Assembly: GCF_006345805.1 (NCBI RefSeq)
Contig: NC_043014.1
Span: forward strand, 18,786,001 to 18,850,000
Source: Octopus sinensis
Taxonomy: Eukaryota
Reading direction: 5' to 3'
Length of the DNA stretch: 64,000 nucleotides
Shown piece by piece: positions 28,270-40,671 of the stretch; the stretch's first letter is position 1; each line of letters starts with the position of its first letter. The translations under genes were made by a program, and so were the position numbers. The notes beneath the pieces were generated by a model. That model saw only the letters and a list, made by a program, of their open reading frames with translations. It had not been told where the DNA came from and ran no database searches.

Positions 28270-28436
28270 TCATCCTACATCATCATCATCATCATCATCA
28301 TCATCACTATCACTATCATCATCATCATTACCATCACCACCATCATCATCATCATCATTATCACCACCACCACCACCACCACCACCACCACCACAACCAC
28401 CATCATCATCATCATCATCATCATCATCACCATCGC

Positions 28437-28480
<44 letters not shown>

Positions 28481-28505
28481 ACAACATCATCATCACCATC
28501 ATCAT
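28270..28505. repeat. (CAT)/(CAC)n tract
   Basis: Direct reading. Confidence 0.9.
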
Positions 28506-28754
28506 TCGTTAATCTTTTCCATATTTTCGATATATCTTATGATACAACTCTCCAGCAATCGATGCATTTTGAATCAGTTCCATACCAAAAATATTTCGGC
28601 ATTTGCTTGAAGTGTGGTTGAACTCTCGTCAAAGATTTGCAGATATTCTTCATTTTTTTCTCAGATTTTCTTTCCCTTTCGTTTTTACTCGTATTTCTAG
28701 AACACAAGTAAACACCGATATACATACTTATAATTAGAAGTTCATGTGTGTGTG

Positions 28755-28790
<36 letters not shown>

Positions 28791-29458
28791 CATACGTACA
28801 TACATATATATAATATATATATAAACATACATATATATACACATATACATATGTATGTATTAATATGTATGTATGCATACACTCACACACAGACGCACAC
28901 ACACACGCACACACGCACATACACGCACACGGGTGCGTGCACACACATGCACACATGCATTTAGCATAAAGCATTTGTGAAAATAAATGCATATTTAGGA
29001 TTACATTTACTGTCAGACTGAGAGCTCCATCTTGTGCAATTCATGAAAGAAATGCAGGATTATCCTAGATAATCCTTCTTTCCTACCAAAACAGTAAGTG
29101 CCATAAATTGAAAATATAGACAGGCATTACGAAAAACAAATAAACAAAAAAGAAGCAAATAGCAAACATATAAGCAAGGAATTGTAGGTATTGTATAGAA
29201 TTTTGATATGTAGTGTTCATAGAAATCGAATGTATAAAGAGCAGACGATTAGGAAGATTCGCATAAAGAACCTCCTCATAAAAGTCTAACTGCGATGTTA
29301 TGTTTTCATGTTGTATTTCTGCTTAGTTTAATATTAAACTTTGTATTTTATGCTTAGATCTCCTACTTGTCAGAAATATATGTTAGCTAACTGTGCGTCT
29401 GTCTGAACCGAAGACCAAACAGTCCATCAATGCATTCTCTTCTGTCACGAACACTTAC

Positions 29459-29616
29459 CAGATTAAAATCGATGCATTGCAGTGACCAGTTGTTCCACCA
29501 GTAGATCTACCGAGCTGCCAGGGTGGACTGTAAACAGTTCAAACTGACTCAGTCTCTAATCAGCATAATCCAGCGATCTGTTTGTATAGACTGCTGGATT
29601 CACTGATCCTGTGAGT
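29459..29616 (-). other. Structured exon-like segment (150 nt between strong splice signals, stops in all frames, two hairpins)
   Basis: Acceptor GTTTGTTGTTCACTCACAG|29608 and donor 29459|GTAAGT. Hairpin ATCAG...AATCCAGC...GCTGGATT...CTGAT spans 29559-29607 on plus coordinates. Confidence 0.3.
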
Positions 29617-29817
29617 GAACAACAAACTGTCTGCCGGATTAGATCAAAGGAACATTTAGTGTATCGTTGCACTCTCCGAGGGGTAGATTGGCAATGATTG
29701 CTGGCGTATTGTATCTTAAAATTTACTGTCCGTCACGTCTGCTGAGTGCTGAAATGGATCCACCTGTTTTACATACATACATGAATACACACACAAACAA
29801 ACACACACATATAAATG

Positions 29818-29907
<90 letters not shown>

Positions 29908-30052
29908 CATATATACTTACACACATAAATTCAAACATACATTATATATATATATTGGTAAAAACTGTAAGATAACAAAAGAAAGAAAGAGACCTCAATA
30001 TTATGTAAATAGAGGAGATTTATCTGTAAAATAATATGTCACAATTATTCGG

Positions 30053-30126
30053 TAGCCAAGATAAAACTCTGAGTTTCGGATGCCGAGGTGGAAATCCACA
30101 ACACCATCTCATCGGTTATCTGGCCA
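30053..30126 (-). ncRNA. Type-I hammerhead ribozyme candidate with variant core CCGAUGA, in a Penelope-like repeat (about 29960-30140)
   Basis: Minus strand reads TGGCCAGATAA-CCGATGA-GATG[..GTGG ATTT CCAC..]CATC-C-GAAA-CTC-A-GAG-TT-TTATCTTGGCTA. Stem I is about 11 bp, and stem III is the self-complementary ACTC.GAGT. Confidence 0.7.
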
Positions 30127-31660
30127 TCTGAAATACGCTATGAAAAGAGACCGTTATACAAAGCGAAATTACTGTGTTATAGTCCGCTACTTATATAAAA
30201 GCGCTAATTCAATGACCGCTAATAAAATAAGGTTAAAAGATCATAGTGAACACGTAAGCTTGCCTGCTCATACGCATACATGTATATATATGCATATATA
30301 TGCATATATATACAAACACACACACACGCGCGCGCGCGCGCCGTAAGATTTCATACATACGTCTACATACATACGTATATATGTATATAGCAGCTTCCCT
30401 CTCTCGAATTCCTTTCACAGTTCTTCAGTTAACTATTGCAATAACACATTTGCATAAGGTGCCAGAGAAAGGAATCGGACGCTGACATATAAGGTTGCGA
30501 AGCAAGCATCTTAACCAGATATCCATACTTGTATTTGATGCCTGTTCTCTGATTTATTACTTTTGTATCTGATTTGATCACAATGTATCTTCGTGATGTA
30601 ATTCTCTGCGTTGATTGATTTACATATTGTCAAAATATGCTCTATTGATACCACTTTGTCAATGGTGACATACAAAATTTCAATTTGCATTTTCATATAT
30701 CAATTACAGATCTCAAAATGCAGTTGTGCATTTGACGGCCTTCTTTTACTCCATAAGACCCGTTGGTTTGTATTTCCTAATCATCTTTCCAGACTTAAGC
30801 TGTTTGAAACAATATCAATTTTATGTTGTAAAACGTTTGCTGTTGCAAACAACACGCAAGCAACAGTCACAGGTCGTTTGCAATAAGCAGTGAAGAGCTA
30901 TCTTATGGAACTTGCGGTGAAAAGGTCTTGTGAGAAACACTGAGCACAGAAGGGAATCAAGTATAGAACCGTGATTTACTGTTGCATTAACAGCGGACAC
31001 ATCAAGCATTGATTCGAAAGAATGACAATGACGGCTCTTCTAAGAGAAGTTTACTGCAACTTAATATATTTTTCGTCTCTCCTAGGATTTTAGTCTAGCA
31101 GAAAGTCTGTTCTGACGGAGTTTCGCACAATTGACTCCGTAGAAAGCTATCTAAGAGGAGAATTATTGATAACTATATAGTTAACGGTGCTTTGTTGTTC
31201 AAAAGATGTGTTATCTTTTCTCTTTGCCGGAATATGGAGATATTATAAGTGAAATATGTCAATCAGCCTAAACTAATAAAGCCAGCCACTCCAATCGCAT
31301 AATATTGAAAGAAATACAATTACCTTTAAATGAATTATAATTTTTGAACTTAAATTTAATTTGAATTCAAATCAATGATAGAACGTAGAAATAAGTGTTT
31401 ACAGAAGGTATCTGTAGGGCATAAAGTGAACGATTATTTCCTGTTGATACATATTTGTTGAACGATCTTTCAGATATATATTATCTCTCTTTCCTCCCTT
31501 TATTTAAATATTATTATTATTCTTATCATTATTATTGTTGTTGTTGTTGTTGTGGTTGCTGTTATTATTATTATTAATACTATTATTATTATTATTATTA
31601 TCATCATCATCGTCATCGTCATCATCATCATTATTATTATTATTATTATTATTATCATTA

Positions 31661-31707
<47 letters not shown>

Positions 31708-33923
31708 TGGAGAAGATCAAACTTTTACGTGGGTGCAATACAAATTTGTGCAGCTATATGATATCCTTGGCGATGTTAACCGAAGTAATGCAACAACAAT
31801 GCTAGCACGATTGCTATCTGTTTGATTTCAATGATATTGGGAAATTGAAAGATCTAAGAGGAAGATGTGCAATGCCAGATAAGAAATAGACAAAAATAAA
31901 TGCCTAAAAACAAAAACAACACGCACGAAATGAAAGAACATGCACACACACACACACACAGAAGCACACACTCACACAAGCACACAATGACATTCACACA
32001 CGCACGTGCGCGCTCAGTGGCACATACTCACATATACACACACACATACTCAGGCATATACGCTTACATACAATAGCTGAACTGATATTGATTATTAAGG
32101 AAGGATGAACAAACTCAGAGCTTCTGTTGGGAATTTGATCAAAGAACTCGATGGATTGTTTGATGTTTTTCTTTTTTTCTTGTTTGTTTTAGTTTTACCT
32201 CCAATACCACCACATGTTACGTTGCTTTGCTTACATTCCACAAATGATGCGTTGATTTTAATTTTCACAAGCTTGTTCAATCGCTCGTCCGTTCTTTCAT
32301 TTCATTGTTTGTTTATTTTAAAACAAATATTGCAAACCTCTGTGTTTCCTGGACATTTCGAAACGCTCTATGGCATTATTTTTACGTAGCACGTTTATTT
32401 TATTATTTTGTGATATCATTTTATTGTTTTTGTTGTTGCTCTTATCAAATGTTATTGATGTTACTGTTGTTGCTGCTGTGAAAACTATTGCTCTTATCAC
32501 TAATCTCGATTTCATTACTCTGCCCAAATTTGATCGAAAATTAAAAAACTACCACCAATAATGATAAAACTACTCATTATCAATTATATTAATACGATTT
32601 CTTATATTTTCACAATGGTACGACTATTACCAACATCGTGTATATGAGGGAAACTTTGATTCTTCGATTAGCAAGATTTTGCAGACGTTCAATTTCTCTC
32701 AAACCCAACCCTGCTCTCAGGAATGTAGTCACAAAATGGCCAATGTAGTTATATAAACTTTACATCTTCATTAATAAAGATAAATACATAGGCTCGGCAA
32801 CAATATTTTTTTAATCATAGCACTGCTTGATCGGAGCTAACTAAGATATTTGCAACCCACCAATCAGCCAATTGACCAGCCATCGAAGCAAACGACCATC
32901 GATTAGAGATTTTCAATTTAACTTTCAAAAGATTCTCCTAAAGTTATTCACAGCTAAAATTATCTGACATCAGGGCTGGAATGGAAGTCGTGAATGCAAG
33001 AAAAAATACATTAGGTTAGAAAATTAGATGTTATACAGCTCTTATTGAGTATGCCTTTGTTAATTAGAAAACAATCACGTGCAATCCACTGATCCAATGT
33101 TTACACATACACGCGCGAGTGCCTGGTAAAAGTCTTGGCGGTATTTCGTCCGTCTTTACTTTCTAAGTCCAAACTGGACTACCCACTCTTATAACATTTT
33201 AGGCTTTGTGCCAAAATTTGAAATTACTAATCACACGTTGTTATTGACGTTTATAAGTTCTTATAAGGTCAACTGTATTTTTGTTGTAAATGGACATAGG
33301 CTGGAGGCTTGGTATGAATACTATATGGTTGCGATAACCATCGTTAGCCCAAACTTAGACGAAACTAATTAAACAAACCTATAATGAAGGTCATTTTTGT
33401 GATGGCCATCACACCATTTTTATGTATAAAGGACTACACACTGTTCTTTTTTCTTATAGCTAGTAAGATAATATATCATTTGGGGTAGATTTGGTTACTA
33501 TTTCTGATAGGTCGAACGACCATTGTACACACCCTTACTGGTTTGTGGTCTTGAAGATGTGTTCTAAAGCAGTGCTCTCATGGGAGTAGTGTGAGGATTG
33601 AAAAGGTTCGGGAAGAGGACCAGTCGCCAGGTTTCATAAGAATACGATGAACTGAAATATCCCAAACTTGCCCATCACCACAGTAACACGCATGCAAACT
33701 GCATTTCGTCTTTTCGTTGGTAAAGAAGGAGAAACCATACAAATTTCACTATTTTGTACGTATTTCTCTGTGTATGACGGGGGTACTGGTACTTATACGT
33801 TTGAGAACTACTATACACTAAGAATATTGTAGCAGCAGCAGCATTAGTAGTAGTTGTCGTGGTGGTGGTGGTAGTAGTAGTAGTAGTGGTAGCAGCAGCA
33901 TTAGTAGTAGTAGTAATAGTGGT

Positions 33924-33991
<68 letters not shown>

Positions 33992-34363
33992 CGGCGGCGG
34001 TGGTGGTGTTAGTGGTTTAATCTCAGATCAACGCTTGTCTAGAAGTCCTGTGATGGAACTCGACTAGTTGGATATGGACGAGTACATTACGAGATGTGGT
34101 CTTCCGGCTTTGTTTTTTAAATGGTGAAGCATAATGAGAAAGAGATTTGGTGAGCCAAACTTCAAGCTGATGTTTTAGAAGCACTCTGAAGTATGACAGA
34201 TGTACTTCGTAAGAATTCTGCCGTAGTAGAGTTCAGTGGGCATTACAAATGTATTTGTAGAATCCTATTATGAAATGCTCTGCGGATATCCCTAGGATAG
34301 TGAATTTGTTCAGGTTTGACACAGATGTTTCCACAATATTGCTTGTCGCAGAGTTTTGTGGGT

Positions 34364-34699
34364 GAAGGCGCATGCATCAGTGGTTAGAGCGTCCAGCTTA
34401 CGATCGTGAGGTTGTGAGCTCGAATCCCGGACCGGGTTGCGTGTTGTGTTGTTGAGCAAGACACTGTATTTCACGATGCTCCAGTTCACTCAGCTGTAGA
34501 AATGAGTTGCGACGTCAGAGGTGCCAAGCTGTATCGGCCTTTGCCTTTCCCTTGGATAACATCGGTGGCGTAGAGAGGGGAGGCTGGTATGCATAGGCGA
34601 CTGCTGGTCTTCCATAAACAACCTTGCTCGGACTTGTGCTTGGGAGGGTAACTTTCTAGGTGCAATCCCATGGTCAGTGTCGTGACTGAAGGGGGTCTC
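34364..34699 (+). mobile_element. Full-length tRNA-headed SINE with a CORE-like central region
   Basis: A box AGTGGTTAGAGCG, B box GAGCTCGAATCCC, then TTGAGCAAGACACT..TTCACG.TGCTCCAGTTCACTCAGCTG. A partial second copy lies at about 48575-48720. Confidence 0.85.
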
Positions 34700-35977
34700 A
34701 GTGTTTTGTGGGTAGCGCAGAGGTGCTCTTAAGATGATGTATTAGTGTTCGGCTAGTGTCCATAAAATGGTATTGTAGTAGTGTTTTTAGATGTATTACA
34801 AAGATACTGATTGGATGGTACTATAGTAGTATTTGGAGGTGGGTGCTGATGATGTATCTATGTCTGTCAAGGGGAACGGGTGTGTACAAAGAAATAACCG
34901 CAGAATATGACGTGCTTGCAACAAACAATTATGCACTGGAAGTAGTTTTGTGGAAGCCTTGAAATGTATTAACAAATATATTAAAACGTCTTAGCATACA
35001 TGCCATAACTCAAGCGTATTAGCACACATACTGTAGCTCAAGCAAACAACATAGTATTCAATAATACAACCGTGTTAAAAGGAACAGCTTATATTTTATA
35101 CAGTGTAGTTCTATAAATAGACTGTCTTCTTAAATTTCTTCCATGAACGTCGACACTGCTTCCATCAGCAGCAACGAAAGTAATGATCCGCCCCAGTAAT
35201 GTCAACAGCAACACTAACAATAAACTGAACTAAAACAACCACTAACTCCTTACCACCACTACCACCACCACCACCACCACCACCACCACCACCACCACCA
35301 CCACCATCACAAATAACAACAACGATAAAGACAATAACAAGGACAGCTACAAGAGCAATAATCATTTAAAAAAATCCCGATTCAATCACAACTACTATTA
35401 AAAGAACGACCACTATGTCACTACCGTCACCCACGCCAATATCAACGCAGTTACCAACACATACATGGTTACAACCACATCCACTGCCACAAACGTCATT
35501 ACAACCACCAATACTGTTACAATCATAACCACCAACACCAACGTCGACTCCAACAGTTCCTTGCACAGTAAAAATATTCTTCACTGGAGTCTGTTAGCAG
35601 CTGATCGATATATTTGAATGTAAGTTGTGGCTGTTTTACTATTGATAACAATTTATTGATTCCTTTTCACACACACACAAACACACTCATATACGTATAC
35701 TTATCTCGCCCACTCTTTCTCTCAATCACTCTCTCCCTCATTCTCTCTCTCTCTCTTTCTGTTAGATATATTTGATAGTCATTCTAAATTCACAAAGGCA
35801 TTGGCCGTAGCCCCATCTGATTTCTAATTAGTTGTTGAGCACCTTCAGTAGCTAAATGCCTCAGTTGCAAGAATGTGTCATGTGTAGTTATATGGGTCGA
35901 ATACATACACGCATATGCATATATAGATACACATACACACACAAACACGCATGCACACACACAGAGACACACACACA

Positions 35978-36022
<45 letters not shown>

Positions 36023-36353
36023 ACATCAGAGATGATGTGCCGAATTGCAATGCGACATATCGATATATCCAGCGCACTATATCACTATATACTGCATAGA
36101 AATTATACCTTTATAATACTATAATACAATAGCCTAAGAGATGCCGTACATTCACGTACATTTTTCAGCATAATTATAATGTATAAATATGCAATGTACT
36201 GAACAACTGGAATACAAGCCTATCATCTCAGGCACACAAACGATCGGCCATAGAATTACATTCATGTAAGTATAAGTGTGTGTGTGTGCTTGTGCATGTG
36301 TGTGTGGGGAGTGAGTGCCTATGTATACAAGTATGTTAGTGGATGTATGTACG

Positions 36354-36384
<31 letters not shown>

Positions 36385-37100
36385 TATATATAGCATGTAT
36401 CATTCTATTTATAATTCCTTTAATGCTCTGTATAAAAAGGTGAGGCGGTTTCTAAATCGGAAACAAAAGCGTATCATAAGAATTGCTATATAATCATGAA
36501 TTACAATTTTGACGATCTTGCTTATTTACACAATTCCGAGTAATAAATTCATGGTATACGTTATAGTAGCATGTACGTAAGTGATGGATAGATGGAGACC
36601 CTTGTTCTAGCTGGAGTCTCAGGGGCAATGCCGCAGAATCATTATAACCGTGGCGCAGTCCATCCCATTCCAGGTTGATGCAGCCAATTTTTTTTATGTG
36701 CGTATATGTATTATTGAATGAAAGTACATTTAAGTAACGTTGCCAACTAAATACTGGGTTAGATATTCTCAATTACACATAAAAGGTAGAAAGCTCAAGT
36801 CAGTCTGAAATTGCCTTCAACATCACTCTGTAACTCGTGCCACGACAGTTGTGTATACCTATATCGACACTTGGTTTATCCTTTCGTTACTGTTCCACAA
36901 CATGAAGCATTTGCGTTCACTAAAGAAACCCACTTTACGCAGTTCATAGAACTATTAACCTTTTCTCAAATCTTAGCATCCTTTATTGAAATATGCAGAA
37001 AATGTTAGATAATTTAGCTTAATATGCGCTAAATATGAATAAGGACATGGTGATTACATGGAGATTGCTTCGATCTTAGGTTTACTTGATGAAGGCTCAC

Positions 37101-37184
37101 CTGGGTCTGAACAACAGTTATAACTTCCCTCATTACTTGAACATTGCGGCTGTCTGGTATACGCTCACGCATATACAATTTATA
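37101..37184 (-). CDS. Candidate internal exon (84 nt, phase 0-0): YKLYMRERIPDSRNVQVMREVITVVQTQ
   Basis: Acceptor CTTTCTATTTTGTCTTGATGTTGCAG and donor CAG|GTGAGC; only frame 0 is open. No homology recognised. Confidence 0.4.
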
Positions 37185-38465
37185 CTGCAACATCAAGACA
37201 AAATAGAAAGACAAACCATTTCACACCATTACTAAAAACATAACACACCAAACTCACTGCAACCATTAAATCATACACATGCTGTGAACTTTTTTTCCCA
37301 ATCTCTTTTCAATCTCTCTGCAACTGTTCTTCCTTCTTTGAATTACGCATCTCCATTTTGTTCTTTTGTTTACAGTAATGTAGGAAACAACTGCAGGAGA
37401 GTTTATATTAAACAAAAGACAAAATATAAAAGATAGAGAGAAAACCACTCTCTGGCCAACCTCCCGCAAAGCTTGACGAAGAGTAAATCAAGACTCCAGT
37501 TCTTTGGGATAAAATTAAAACCAGAAATATGATTCTAGCTGCAGTAGACTAATGCCTTGCCATAGCAAAAAAAAAAAAAATACAAAGAGAGAAAATTTAA
37601 ACACGTAGTGTAGATCTGTACATCATATCCAACTGCCCAGTTTTGTCTACTTCGAGTAACTTACGAATTATCGTCCGTGTCGACACTGTGATGATATTTG
37701 GTTAATGACTGATGAGTGTCTGAGCATCTACGAGGCCATTGTGTGTGTGTTCCCGTCTTTCATATTTTTCTGTCATCCACCAGTGCCACATTTTTATTAT
37801 TATTTACATGCACTATGCGGACTATTTTCTCCGAGCAAATACACAAAAAAGATTGAGTGGATGGCTATGTTCATTGGTCAGTATGCCAACACATGAACGT
37901 GATAATACTAGAACGCATCGTATCAAAATGAACTGGAACAAACCCAAATAAGCTAACAAATGTATTAATGCAAATGGTTCAAATATAACAATAATGGACT
38001 AGAAAGAAAATACTTGTTATCGCATTCCCAACTGCAGCCGAAAGAAGATCATAAAACTATTAAAACACAAGAACATGAATTTGAAAAAAAAATACAGCTA
38101 AAAATAAAAATAGTAGCAATAATAACTGAAGCTCAATCTATGACGCAAAATATAAACAGAAACGTGAAGGTTTATTCTCTGAGATCGATAGAGTAAGGAC
38201 TAGTAACACTATTAATTCGGTTTCATTAACTTTATCAAAAGTTATCAGGGATCACAGCCTTATGCACACAACCGAAAATATTTCTGCAAGATCAAGTACA
38301 CTACGTAAGGCATTTTCAGTTCTATTGTAATTGTAAGGAAGAGTCTTTAGGTTCTTGTGGAGAGAAATACGACAAAGCGATTGATAAATTTTGATTCAAC
38401 ATATTATTCACTTCTTTTCTTGCAATCACTTTTAACGACGGGCGGAGAGATATACTTTCTGCCTT

Positions 38466-38466
<1 letters not shown>

Positions 38467-38555
<89 letters not shown>

Positions 38556-38594
38556 CATCTATCTATCTATCTGTCTATCTACCTACCTACCTAC

Positions 38595-38653
<59 letters not shown>

Positions 38654-38658
38654 CCTAC

Positions 38659-38721
<63 letters not shown>

Positions 38722-38758
38722 CCTACCTATCTATCTATCTATCTATCTATCTACCTAC

Positions 38759-38810
<52 letters not shown>
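38467..38810. repeat. (TATC)n/(TACC)n tetranucleotide array, about 340 bp
   Basis: Direct reading. Confidence 0.95.
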
Positions 38811-38950
38811 AGATGTATTAACATACAAAAACATATGTGTTATAAAACTCATGTAATTTATATTTCAACATTTGCAGCGTGGAAGGGGTTTATAAGGCAT
38901 TTATGAAACACAAAAAATCCGTTAGATTCACTTCAACATTTAAATTTAAT

Positions 38951-38999
38951 TTGTCAAGATATTTTCGTCGCTTTGAGACCGCGATCCGTTCACTGAAAA
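38951..38999 (-). ncRNA. Degenerate hammerhead-like fold with swapped G3-C8 core (GUGAAC(A))
   Basis: Minus strand reads TTTTCA-GTGAACG-GATCGC[GGTCTCAAA]GCGAC-GAAA-ATATCT-TGACAA. The adjacent 29-bp tandem unit (39017-39045) preserves TTGTCA-GTGAACA. Confidence 0.5.
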
Positions 39000-39403
39000 A
39001 ATTCTGTGCTGCAATTGTTCACTGACAAAATTCCACGCTACAATTGTTTTCGTTCCGGCACACGATCTCAGATCAGGTCACTTGCTATGCATGTACATCC
39101 TCGTAATTTTATATTTCTCTGACAATTAAATCTATTTTTGGATACACGATCGAAAATGCAAAGGACAGCTTTCATAGAATTTGATGGGTGCTTATTTTAT
39201 TAACATTAGAAATATGACAGTAAACTTGAATTTAGATGTCCTATTTACGAGGGGTTCGTGAATGCTTGAGTGTGGGGTATGACTATAATCTGCAGTGGGA
39301 TCCTGGTTCGGAAGTTCTAAATACTAATCCCAATTGTTCCCCGATATAATCTGACCCTTAGGATTCCAGCTATAGTTTCATTAGCGTATGAGAGCTTGCT
39401 TAC

Positions 39404-39490
39404 CTGTGCATCTGAAGACTGGATGCGGAGGACACTGCAGGAGAAACATTCTTCGTTCAAGGGAAGAATATGTGGCTGCAGCAACGCATT
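39404..39490 (-). CDS. Candidate internal exon (87 nt, phase 0-0): NALLQPHILPLNEECFSCSVLRIQSSDAQ
   Basis: Acceptor CTTCATCTTACTTTTTGCACTCCAG and donor CAG|GTAAGC; joins in frame to 37101-37184. A second frame is also open. No homology recognised. Confidence 0.4.
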
Positions 39491-39719
39491 CTGGAGTGCA
39501 AAAAGTAAGATGAAGCAAGCAAATCAAACAGCTTAGTCATCCACAGCATTCGCTTCCATCTCCCAGTCGTTTTGACATGGTTTGACCACTGGATTAATGA
39601 TAGCTACGGAGGACAGATTAATGATGGCGGTGCGCAATACTTCTTCACGGTAAACAAGGTCATCGCACAATCATCAGTCATATTTAACGATGTTTAAACA
39701 GTCCAGTGGTCGTTTCCAT

Positions 39720-40215
39720 TCTTTTATTCTTTTACTTGTTTTAGTCATTTGACTGAGGCTATGCTGGAGCACTGCTTGCAGGATTTTAGTTCAATAAATC
39801 AACACCGGACTTAATTTTTCACGCCTAGTAATTTCTTCTCTCGATGCCTTTTGCCGAAACGCTATATTATGGGGACATAAACAAAACAACACCATTCAAG
39901 CACTGATGGAGAGACAGACGCAAAGACATACAAACAAATACATACATACATGCATACATACAAACACGCACAAACACACACACATATCACAGGCTTCTTT
40001 TCTCAAATCTTAGCATCCTTTATTGAAATATGAAGAATGATAGTTACGGAGGACAAATTAAGGATGGTTTCTTTCAGTTTCTGTCTACCAAATCCACCCA
40101 CAAGGCAATGGTTGGCCCGAGGCTATAGTAGAAGACACTTGCCCAAGGTGTCACGCAGTGAGACAAAACTCGGAACTATGTGGTAAGGAAGTAAGCTGCT
40201 TACACACTGCCACGC
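39720..40215 (-). mobile_element. tRNA-headed SINE (family of 48721-49133) with an internal foreign insert
   Basis: TTTTACTTGTTTTAGTCATTTGACTG...GAAGACACTTGCCCAAGGTG...GGTAAGGAAGTAAGCTGCTTACAC; insert at about 39997-40065. Confidence 0.8.
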
Positions 40216-40671
40216 CTATCAGCAATATTCAAATATTGGCATGTTTACAATATCTAAGAGAATAGTTTGTACAGCAGTCGTACGTCACTTCATATATATA
40301 TATCAGTAGCACTTTAATGAGTTTATCTAATTTTTTATGAGAAGGAAATCTAGTCTGTGTGATGCAACTACGATGGACTTAATTTATGTATTTGTACAAG
40401 TCTGATGAATATTTCAAGAAAGAATAGATGTATCATTCGGGCAAACAAATCTCAATATATAGAGTTACAGAAAAATAAATTGAGCTATAGTGACAAAGAT
40501 GAGTGTAAGAAACCTAACAAAAATTGGAATAAAATCAGATTATGTAAATATAGCAAAATGTACTAAACTCAGCGGAGATAAAAATGTTCAATGAGGATTT
40601 AGTAGTTGCAATGCTTACTACAGTCTAGTATAATTTACATGAAAATCCTAGCCTTTATATATATATATATA

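Noticed and set aside
29486-29530. GAGCTGCCAG...ACTGT resembling a miR-22/miR-745-type mature sequence
   Set aside because: The terminal loop is only 4 nt and the 5' arm has a 4-nt bulge, geometry that does not fit a canonical precursor.
31086-31145. Strong plus-strand acceptor at 31085 followed by an ACGGAGT/ACTCCGT hairpin
   Set aside because: Stops in all frames within 30 nt, no convincing donor, and the hairpin is short.
34364-34435. tRNA-like cloverleaf starts here and at the other SINE heads
   Set aside because: Each continues into repeated SINE body sequence and lacks a complete acceptor stem, so these are not tRNA genes.
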